Below are positions 7,872 to 16,280 of a stretch of DNA of 16,280 nucleotides, piece after piece. A program made the position numbers and the translations under genes. This stretch comes from Octopus sinensis (lineage: Eukaryota). Positions within the stretch are counted from its first letter, which is position 1; each line of letters begins with the position of its first letter. The notes under the pieces are model-generated. The model saw nothing but the letters and a program-made list of their open reading frames with translations. It had not been told where the DNA came from and searched no databases. The stretch covers positions 1-16,280 of the forward strand of contig NW_021825227.1 in NCBI RefSeq assembly GCF_006345805.1. The letters run 5' to 3'.

Positions 7872-8495
7872 ATGGAAGTATCCAAGGAGCATTTAAGGCA
7901 CATATAATTTTCAATGAGTACAATAAAGGTAACTCTGCAACCGAAGTGACTCGAAACATACACTCAATTTATAGGAAAGTGCTTGAATGAAAGAACTTGC
8001 AGGAGATCGTTTGCAAAATTAAAGATGAAGATCAAATAGGACGTCCAGTTGAGTTTGATGCATTACTTGAAGAAAATCCGTCATATTGAAGAATTGGCAA
8101 TAAAGCTTACTTCAAACCATACAACAGTTCATAGTCATCTTCAACAACGTGGAAAGATTCCTAAACTTGGAAAATAGATGCCTCATGTATTGTCCGGAAG
8201 CAACCGCAAATCCCGAGTTGACATCTGCTCTTCTCTCCATTCTCGCAAACTCAGTTCACCCTTTTTCGATAGACTTGTGACGAAAAATGGATTTTCTATC
8301 GAAATGTTAAACGTCGTAAACAGTGGTTTGGTAAAAGGGAAAATGCTCAACCACAACCGAGAAGGGAACTTCATGGAAATTCACTTTATATTGTTACCAC
8401 CTAATGCAACATTCAATGTTCAAGTCTACTGTCAGCAATTAGAGCGTTTGAACCAAGCTTTGAAGGAAAAAAGAGCCGCTTTAGTGGGTCGAAAA
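7872..8495 (+). pseudogene. Mariner (DD34D-type) transposase relic, 3'-truncated
   Basis: Piecewise translation MEVSKEHLRHI..EYNKGNSATEVTRNI...GRPVEFD..LLEENP...EELA...HL...[26 protein letters not shown]...[23 protein letters not shown]...[28 protein letters not shown]. This includes the W(V/M)PH.L-like and T.DEKW-like motifs. Many indels; the catalytic C-terminus is missing. Confidence 0.85.
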
Positions 8496-8516
8496 CAAAA
8501 ACATCTCTCTATTGTA

Positions 8517-8524
8517 TGTATATG

Positions 8525-8577
<53 letters not shown>

Positions 8578-8790
8578 CTGCATATGTATACATGTATATG
8601 TATAGATATATTTCTATAGATATACATGTATGTGTATACATGTATGTGTATACATGTATGTCTAGATGAATATACATATATATAGAGAGAGATGTACATG
8701 TAATATGTACACATATATATACACATATATATATATATGCATACATATATACACCCATACACCCATACACCCCCCACACACATACATAAG
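8517..8790. repeat. (TA)n and compound microsatellite
   Basis: Directly visible. Confidence 0.9.
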
Positions 8791-8793
8791 TGT

Positions 8794-9092
8794 AGGTGTG
8801 GCTGTGTGGTAACAAACTTGGTTCCAAAACACATGGTCCTCAGTTCAGTCCCACTGTGTGGTAACTTGGCATGTGTCTTCTGTTATAGCCTCAGACCAAC
8901 CAGTCAGTGGATTTTGTAGACAGAAACTGAAAGAAATCAATTGTATGTGTATGTATGTATATATGTAAGTCTATGTGTGTGTCTTTGTTTCTCCCACATC
9001 ACTGCTTCACAACTGGTGTTCGTTTATTTACATCCCCATAACTTACTGGTTTCACAAGAAGACACTGATAGAATAAGTACCAGGCTTATCAA
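8794..9092 (+). mobile_element. SINE family B copy
   Basis: Head aggtgtggctgtgtggtaa, agttcagtccc, body ggattttgtagacagaaactgaaagaa and 3' part catccccataacttactggtt...atagaataagtaccagg. It is the inverse of the 3004-3358 copy. Confidence 0.8.
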
Positions 9093-9644
9093 AAGCACTA
9101 TGCAGTGTCTCATATTTTTGTTTGCCCACTCAGTTGTATCTATCAAATTATCTTTGTTTGTGTGTGTGTGTGTATACATGTATACATATACATACACACA
9201 CACACAGACATACACACACACATATATATATATATATGGGTTTCATGGACGGGAACTAAAACAAATCAATCGTATGTATGTATATATCAAAATATAAAAA
9301 AGCACTACGCAGTGTCTCATATTTTTGTTTACCCACTCAGTTGTATCTATCAATTTATCTTTGTGTGTGTGTGTGTGTGTGTGTATGTGTGTGTGTATAC
9401 ACACACACACACCCACACATATATATTATATATATATATATATATAATTTCAACAATTGAGGGTAAAATTAATTAATTATTAATCAATTTCACCAAGTGT
9501 TCAGTATGCAAATTTTCTTTAAGTATTAGAAATAGTTTTAAAAAAGTTTTTTTTGGCTGCTGTTTCTAATGAGTTCAGTATGTGGCAAAGTAATTTATTT
9601 TACTAAGCCCTTTTATATAATATATATATATATATATATATATT

Positions 9645-10192
9645 GTGTCAGGTCACTTTTGAATGCTACTGGTAACCCAGTACAACCTGTTGCATGGTCG
9701 GGTCGTCGGCGACTAAACCGGCAACCCCAACAGGCTTGCTTGGTGAGGAGGGTGTTTATTGGACACCACGCGGGATGAAAAACAAAACCCGTCAAAGGGC
9801 GGAGGAACTCTTGAGAGTCAACGGCCATCCAATAAATGTCTTAAGGTTGTATCATGCGCGGGGACATAGAAATAATCGGACTGAATACCCGATCCTGCGG
9901 TTAAAATATTGGGAGTGAAGGACTCCTAGCCTTTATTAAGGCATCCTTCTAGGAGATGGTAACTCATGTAACTGGAATAACTCTGACATAAAACCTGCGG
10001 CTCAGTGGTTATCGATGATGTTGACTTGTTCTTCTTTTCGGATTATGGCTGCTGTTGCTTAGTGAGTGGGATTGACTCAGTGCACAGCCTTTTCTCACTT
10101 TAAAAAAAATCTTCTTGCACAGGCATTTCACGATAACAACATTGATTAAGCTTCGTGCAATGACCATACTCGATAACGAGGGGGCAGCCACC
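9645..10192 (+). mobile_element. Probable non-autonomous (bipartite) RTE derivative inserted in (TA)n
   Basis: GC-balanced 550-bp island between two (TA)n runs, with no ORF. It contains ctaggagatggtaactc...aactctgacataaaacc (RTE 5'-UTR-like motif) and ends in ctcg-ataa-cgag-ggggcagcc, a hairpin+GG..GCC end parallel to the LINE terminus gtctc-ct-gagac..ggatgcc at 12980-13003. The family assignment is from recall, not a search. Confidence 0.55.
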
Positions 10193-10282
10193 ATATATAT
10201 ATATATATATGGATTTCGAGGACAGGAACTGAAACAAATCAATCGTATATATATATGTATGTATATATGTAAGTGTATGTGT

Positions 10283-13010
10283 TTTGGTATTGGCAACATG
10301 AATGACAATGGCCAGAGACTACTTGAATTTTGCACATACCATAACCTGTGCATCACTAGCAAATTCTTTGCCAACAAGACATCCCACAAGGCATCTTGGA
10401 GACATCCAAGTTCTCACCACTGGCATCAGCTGGATCTCATCATTACATGAAGATTCTTTCTGAATTCTGTTCAACTGACCCGTAGTTACCACAGCGCGGA
10501 TTGTGACACAGATCATTCACTAATAAGAAGCAGGGTGAGGATTCTGTCTAAAAAAAGTCCATCACTCCAAGAAAATGGGCCGACCACGCATTAACACTGC
10601 CAGAACCTCCGACCCTACACTGCGACAATGTTTTGCTGTTTCTAGCAAGGTTGCCCTCAGTAGCTGCCCAACCTCCTCTGCTGAAAGTAGGTGGAATTAT
10701 ATCAGGGAAGCTTTGTATACCACATCAATAGATACTTTCGGCATGAGAGAAAGGCAAAACCCAGATTGGTTCAATGCTGGGCTCTCAGAACTGGAAACTG
10801 TTATCGAAGCAAAGCGTGCAGCTCTGATGCAATACAAGAGTGATTCTTCTACAAAGTTACTCGAAGAACTCAGAAAGGCAAGAAATAAAACCCAACTGAC
10901 TGCCAGACGCTGTGCAAATAGGTATTGGCAGGAAATCTGTCAGAGTATCCAGTCAGCTGCTGACAGTGGCGATACCCGTGGGGTGTATGCCGGTTTGAAG
11001 AAGGCCCTCGGTCCATCCGCAACCAAGTCAGCCCCTCTGAAATCAACTACTGGGGATTTCATCAAGCACCAAAGCAAGCAAATAGATAGATGGGTGGAGT
11101 ACTACCAGGATCTCTACTCACGAGAGACCACGGTAGCTGAGGCTGCAATCGAGGGTGTCAAGATCTTGCCAGTCATGTGTGAACTTGACAGTCTGCCATC
11201 TATAACAGAGCTCACCAAGGTTATTGACTCCTTAGCAAGTAACAAGGCTCCGGGAAAAGACGCCATCTCCTTAGAGATCATCAAAACCGGCAAAAACACC
11301 AACCTGCTTCGGCACATTTATGAGCTTCTGTGTCAGTGCTGGGAAGTGGGTACAGTCCCTCAGGATATGCGGGATACTAACATCATGACGCTTTACAAAA
11401 ACAAGGTGACCGTGGTGATTGTAATAATTACCGTGGAATATCTCTTCTAAGCACTGTTGGAAAGGCCTCTGCTCGCATTATCCTGTCCAGGCTGCAACTG
11501 CTTACTTCTCGAATTTATCCAGAATCGCAGTGTGGCTTTAGAAGGAGCAGATCAACTACTGACATGATATTCTCCATACGCCAACTTCAGGAGAAGTCCA
11601 GAGAGCGGAAAATGCCATTATATATGGCCTCCATTGATCTGACAAAGGCCTTTGACTTGGTAAGTAGAAAAGGCATCTTCATCCTGCTCCAAAAATCGGA
11701 TGTCCACCAAAGCTGCTGAGGATCATTACATCTTTCCATGATGATATGCAAGGCACCATACAGCACAATGGTTCAACATCAGCCGCCTTCCAACTAAAAA
11801 ATGGGGTAAAGCAAGGTTGTGTCCTTGCTCCTACATTATTTGGCATCTTCCTCTCGCTGCTGCTGTCACATGCCTTTGTGACATCAGATGATGGAGTGTT
11901 TCTGCACAGTAGAAGTGATGGGAAACTGTTCAATCTCTCGCGTCTGCGTGCCAAGACCAAAATTAGAAGCGTCCTGATCAAGGAGATGCTATTTGCTGAT
12001 GATGCCGCTCTGGTATCACACACAGAAGAAGCCCTACAAAGTCTCATCAACTGTTTTGAGCAAGCATGTGGCAACTTTGGCTTATTTATCAGCCTCAAGA
12101 AGACCAACATCATGGGTCAGGCTACATCGACCATCTCAAACATACATATTGGAGACCACAGACTACAGGAGGTGGAGAAGTTTACTTATCTTGGCTCTAC
12201 CGTCACCTACAACCTATCCCTCAATACTGAGCTCAATATACGCATTGGCAAGGTAGCTGCTGTGATGGTCCAACTCTCCAAACAGGCATGGGACAACAAT
12301 AAGCTGACCAAGACACAAAAATGAAGATTTACCAGGCATGTGTAGTTACCACTCTACTGTATGGAAGTGAGACCTGGACGCCATACACACGCCATACGAC
12401 GCCATACGTCGCCTAAATATCTTTCACCTGCGCTGCCTCCGGAAAATCCTTCGCATCAAATGGCAGAATCATGTTCCCAACAAAGATGTCCTCAAGCAAG
12501 CAGGAATACCAAGCATGTTTACACTCCTCACACAAAGACGTATGAGATGGCTTCGACATGTTAGCCGTATGGAAGATGGCAGAATCCCGAAGGACATACT
12601 CAACGGAGAGCTTGCTAGGGGCACTAGGTCTGTGGGAAGACCGTTCTTACGATACAAGGATGTTTGCAAAAGGGACATGAAGGCCTGCAACATCAATATT
12701 AGCAGTTGGGAAGCAGTTACCAGCAACCGTGGAGATTGGCGACGTACCGTAAAAGAGGGAACACAAAGGAGTGACATAGAGGGAGAGGAGAAATGGAAAG
12801 ACAAGAAAAGACGTCAACAAGAAAGTATGACATTACAGCCAGCCAAGCAAAGTCTTCGCTACATTTGCGGCACCTGCCAGAGGGAGTGTTTGTCCAGGAT
12901 AAGACTACACAGCCACAGGAGATGTATTAGGACATGAAATGTAAAAGCCGGACTAGATTATTTTATGCGCAACTTCATTGTCTCCTGAGACAAAAAGGAT
13001 GCCAACAACA
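10283..13010 (+). mobile_element. 5'-truncated RTE-clade (BovB-like) LINE, 2.7 kb, inactivated
   Basis: APE C-terminus (FGIGNMNDNGQRLLEFC...WRHP..HHWHQLDLII...DCDTDHSL), RT (KAPGKD, NYRGISLLS, SQCGFR, IDLTKAFDLV, GVKQGCVLAPTLF, LFADD at 11989-12003, FTYLGS, LLYGSETW, RWLRHVSRM) and C-terminal CGTC...H...C zinc finger, with stop at 12935-12937. The 3' end is tgtctcctgagaca..ggatgcc(aac)n. One internal stop (10448) and about 5 frameshifts (~10553, ~11405, ~11695, ~12313, ~12390). Confidence 0.95.
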
Positions 13011-13276
13011 ATATATATGGATTTTGTAGACAGGAACTGAAACAAATCAATCGTATATATATGTATATATGTAAGTGTATGTGTGTGTCTTTGTGTCTGT
13101 GTTTCGCCCTCATCACTGCTTCACAACTGCTGTTCATTTATTTACATCCACAAAACTTACTGGTTTCACAAGAACAAACTAATAGAATAAGTACTAGGCT
13201 CATCAACATAAAAAAGCACTAGGCTGTGTCTCATATTTTTGTTTGCCCACTCAGTTGTATCTATCAATTTATCTTT

Positions 13277-13287
13277 GTGTGTGTGTG

Positions 13288-13366
<79 letters not shown>

Positions 13367-13416
13367 ATATCTATCTATCTATTATATATATATCTATATC
13401 TCTCTCTCTCTATCTA

Positions 13417-13486
<70 letters not shown>
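13277..13486. repeat. (TG)n-(TATC)n-(TC)n-(TA)n compound microsatellite
   Basis: Directly visible. Confidence 0.95.
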
Positions 13487-13489
<3 letters not shown>

Positions 13490-14533
13490 CCTAATGGGAG
13501 CCTTAACTCCCAAATTTTAGTAATTTCTTTTATGATCCAAAACTAGGTCAAAGTACTGAATGGATCTTTATGAAATTTGGAAATTATATTCTAAGCATAA
13601 GGGCCATAATCCCCATGACAATTCATATATTTGTGCTGTTGATGAAATTTTAACCATAGATATTAGATATAAATGAAGTAATATTTATAAAATTTCATCT
13701 TCTTACAAAGTTAGAAAGACTCCTCCATGGGGACTTAACACCCACAATTTTGTCATTTTATCTAAGCAAAAACGAATACAATTGTGCTCTTGGAAGCTGT
13801 AGGGTTACCCGAGCATAAAAGTTGGGCATTATTTCTAATTCAATGGTACAACAGTGTAACAGTTTGCTTTGACATACACTTACATCGTGATTTCTGTAAT
13901 GTGGTGCATAAATTGTTAAGTAAATGAGAGGCATCTTTGTCTCCACTGATTCAGTTGCAAAGTGTTGAGTAAAGTTATTTGATTGCAGAGCTCCTTTCAG
14001 TCTTTTTATTATTACTCGGTCACACATAGTCCCCAGATGGTAACATTGATTACAAGGCCTTCCCAGATGAGTGACTGGTTATTCAAAGACATTTATAGAT
14101 TTTAAATTCATTCTGTCCAGTTACGTATCAGTATAGTGGTCATTTGCAAACTCCAGAGGTGACACTTTAATTTCTCCTAAGCCCTCATGTCACATAGTTG
14201 TTAATGTTGATATCAGTTGGGTCACGCCCTTCCAATTGCTATAGATTCGTAATGCATCTTACGGCTGTGCCTGTCACCTGGATGGTGAGGAATCCTACAC
14301 TGGGTGTGGTAACGACTAGGGTAGGGTAACTGACTGCTTATTGTGATCATTCGTCTTTTGGTTTCCATGTGGCACGATTACAATTTTTTTAGGGTGTGTA
14401 AAGAGGGAAATAACCCTCATCTGCTATTTTGATGAAATTCGAAACATAGATATTCCAGTTCATTCAGAAAATCTAACAGAAAAGTCTAATTCTTCAATTG
14501 AATGTAACCGGGCAACGCCAGGTATCTCTGCTA

Positions 14534-14534
<1 letters not shown>
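13487..14534 (+). mobile_element. Putative non-autonomous Helitron; 3' terminus well supported, 5' boundary tentative
   Basis: Hairpin accgggc-aac-gccaggt (14507-14523) followed by CTAG (14531-14534) and then T, the canonical Helitron 3' end. actgaatggatctttatgaaatttgg near 13556 resembles the DINE/HINE-type 5' subterminal motif. Confidence 0.5.

Positions 14535-14598
<64 letters not shown>
14535..14598. repeat. (TA)n microsatellite
   Basis: Directly visible. Confidence 0.95.
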
Positions 14599-14602
<4 letters not shown>

Positions 14603-14610
14603 ATCTAAAC

Positions 14611-14683
14611 ATGAACAAAAAGAGAAAACACCACAACGCGAGAACGTGGGACAAATATAGTGTTATTGGACGCTCAGGAAAGG
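14611..14683 (-). mobile_element. Truncated relative of the 5436-5605 repeat
   Basis: Shares tatt(g/a)g..c/acgctcaggaa context with 5487-5507, but breaks off into (TA)n before the hammerhead-like core. Confidence 0.3.
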
Positions 14684-14747
14684 ATATATATGTATATATA
14701 TATATATAAAATATAATACAATATAATATATTTCCATGTAAGCTATT

Positions 14748-15000
14748 ATATAAAATCCGTTCTGTCTGTCTGTCTGTCTTCTAGGATCTCGAGCATCCTC
14801 CATCCTATTGCGCTCAAATTTGATACGTAGATACCGACAGTATCAAGGCGTGTATAAGTCTTGAAAAAATTACAAAAATCGATTCCAGGTGAGAATGTGA
14901 TCGATAAAGCTGTGGGAACGTGCATTTGCACGCTCAAGTACATCAGCTGTTGCGATCGATACTACGCGTACTCGGGAAAAATGCACGGTGTCTCAAATTT
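14748..15000 (+). mobile_element. Helitron-like non-autonomous 5' segment
   Basis: tataaaatccgt-(tctg)4-...catcctattgcgctcaaatttgatacg has the same architecture as the segment at 4099-4190. Confidence 0.45.
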
Positions 15001-15001
15001 A

Positions 15002-15237
15002 GGTTAAATCAGTGTTTCTCAAAGGGGAGGCCTACGGGACGGTTGGACAAGTTGTTTTGAGAAAATTTGCTTTAAATGTTTGAAACACTCAGCACCGTCC
15101 ATTGGATGGGGGCCCTTTTGTCATATATATCAACGAGCAAAAGGCCCCCTATCCAATGGACGGTGCTGAGTTGTCAAACATTTAAAGCAAATTTTGTCAA
15201 AACAACTAGCCTCCCCTTGAGAAATACTGATTTAACC
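15002..15237. mobile_element. Foldback/MITE-like palindrome, 236 bp, flanked by TA
   Basis: TA|ggttaaatcagtgtttctcaaaggggaggc...gcctccccttgagaaatactgatttaacc|TA. Arms of about 100 bp, a 17-nt loop (15121-15137), and a ~18-nt insertion in the left arm only (15032-15049). Confidence 0.85.
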
Positions 15238-15240
15238 TAA

Positions 15241-15244
15241 TATG

Positions 15245-15277
<33 letters not shown>

Positions 15278-15299
15278 CACCATATATATATATATCATA

Positions 15300-15355
<56 letters not shown>

Positions 15356-15360
15356 ATATA
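15241..15360. repeat. (TA)/(CA) microsatellite
   Basis: Directly visible. Confidence 0.95.
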
Positions 15361-15801
15361 GGCAGGGCTGGCCTGCTAGGTAGCCGGCCGAATACTAGAA
15401 AGAGATCATCAACGATCAAACTACAAGGAAATTCTCTAGAGGAGAATTCAGCGAACACCAGAACCAAATTTGGCGGGCAGGACATATGAAAATTTAAATA
15501 AAAACAGACTTAAATGCATACCTCGGTTTCGGTCTTTAACAAAAGAATTACTTACATAATTCAAATGTCCGTGACTCATCAGTTCATCACGGACATTTGA
15601 TTATGTAAGTAATTCTTTTGTTAAAGACCGAAACCGAGGTATGCATTTAAGTCTGTTTTTATTTAAATTTTCATATGTCCTGCCCGCCAAATTTGGTTTT
15701 GGTGTTCGCTGAATTCTTCCTCTCGAGAATTTCCCTTGTAGTTTGATCGTTGATGATCTCTTTCTAGTATTCGACCGGCTACCTAGCAGGCCAGCCCTGC
15801 C
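15361..15801. mobile_element. Foldback/MITE-like palindrome, 441 bp, flanked by TA
   Basis: Arms 15361-15574 and 15587-15801 are near-perfect inverted copies (a handful of substitutions and 1-bp indels) around a 12-nt loop ctcatcagttca. Termini are TA|GGCAGGGCTGGCC...GGCCAGCCCTGCC|TA. Confidence 0.92.
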
Positions 15802-16117
15802 TATATACACATATATTAGAATTTTCTCTGACTTAGATTTTTTGAATGCTGGACTACTGGTTTTAAATTGATATTAAAATTAATATTAATTTATCTCCCT
15901 CATTACTTAAATATTGAAATAAATACGTTCCCTAGTAGTAAGCACCAACCGCAGTGAATTTATTCACTGCAGTCCTTCGCTTCAGGAATTTCTTAGCGCG
16001 CCAGAACCAAGACATTTGAAATTTTATCCCCGATGTAAACGGTAAAACTAAGCACGTGTCTGTCTTGACACGGAGAACTGGGGTTAGTTTTACAGTTTGC
16101 ATCTCGATGACCGAATG

Positions 16118-16280
16118 TACTGATGAAGTCACGGACATTTGAATTATGTAAGTAATTCTTTTGTTAAAGACCGAAACCGAGGTATGCATTTAAGTCTGTT
16201 TTTATTTAAATTTTCATATGTCCTGCCCGCCAAATTAGGTTCTGGTGTTCGCTGAATTCTTCTCTAGAGAACTTCCCTTG
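16118..16280. repeat. Third copy of the foldback arm, running off the window end
   Basis: actgatgaagtcacggacatttgaattatgtaag...ttcccttg is a direct repeat of the right arm (from 15587). It is also the inverse of the left arm, including the loop bases ctcatcagt. Confidence 0.92.

Larger units (their letters stand above)
8909..13288 (+). repeat. Four related local copies of a SINE-B 3' half (three with the same flank): 8909-9170, 9238-9380 (internally deleted), 10211-10282 (5' part only), 13019-13288
   Basis: All contain gg(a/g)ttt..(a/g)gac.g.aact.aaa.aaatcaat. Three also share the non-SINE flank aagcacta..c.gtgtctcatatttttgttt.cccactcagttgtatctatcaa.ttatctttgt. Confidence 0.85.

Noticed and set aside
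11679-12113. Minus-strand 144-aa ORF and other antisense or alternative-frame ORFs inside the LINE
   Set aside because: Shadow ORFs of the RT coding sequence.
13226-13546. IYLS/YIYI-rich ORFs, and similar ones at 1554-1829, 3223-3595, 8432-8834 and 8941-9476
   Set aside because: Produced by (TATC)n, (TA)n and (CA)n tracts or by SINE sequence, with no protein-like content.
15565-15595. CTGATGAG at the palindrome centre (minus strand) and CTGATGAAG at 16119 as hammerhead cores
   Set aside because: The short gtc/gac stem is followed by ATTTGAA rather than GAAA, and there is no stem I or III or cleavage site.
15932-16189. 85-aa minus-strand ORF as a transposase for the foldback element
   Set aside because: It starts inside the repeat arm, is short, and has no recognisable DDE or DNA-binding motif.
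15361-16280. CRISPR-like array or prokaryotic system
   Set aside because: The repeats are long inverted or direct arms with no regular repeat-spacer periodicity. There are no cas-like or other prokaryotic ORFs, and the context is eukaryotic.

Overview
A gene-free, repeat-saturated eukaryotic window. The SINE families, (TA)/(CA)/(TATC) microsatellite density and transposon set look like a coleoid cephalopod (Octopus-like); this is inferred from recognising the repeats, not from a search. I see no intact host gene, and most listed ORFs are microsatellite or antisense artefacts. The main elements are: a 5'-truncated RTE-clade LINE (10283-13010; APE end, RT with FADD, C-terminal zinc finger) flanked by a ~75-80 bp direct repeat; a full-length but inactivated Tc1/mariner DD41D-family element (6521-7843) apparently nested in a mariner relic; a Neptune-type Penelope-like element split by an inversion (2051-3000); an older RTE fragment; an APE fragment; tRNA-derived SINEs; Helitron-like ends; and TA-flanked foldback elements (15002-15237, 15361-15801, plus a third arm at the window end). 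The most interesting signals are three degenerate self-cleaving-ribozyme-like folds: a type I hammerhead with a branched stem II and an inverted antisense copy (803-960), a minimal hammerhead-like motif (5516-5557, minus), and an HDV-like topology at the 5' end of a probable bipartite non-autonomous RTE derivative (9651-9723). Two exact 24-29 bp patches also appear to be copied between unrelated neighbouring elements. None of the ribozyme candidates has an intact catalytic consensus in this copy, so activity is unproven.
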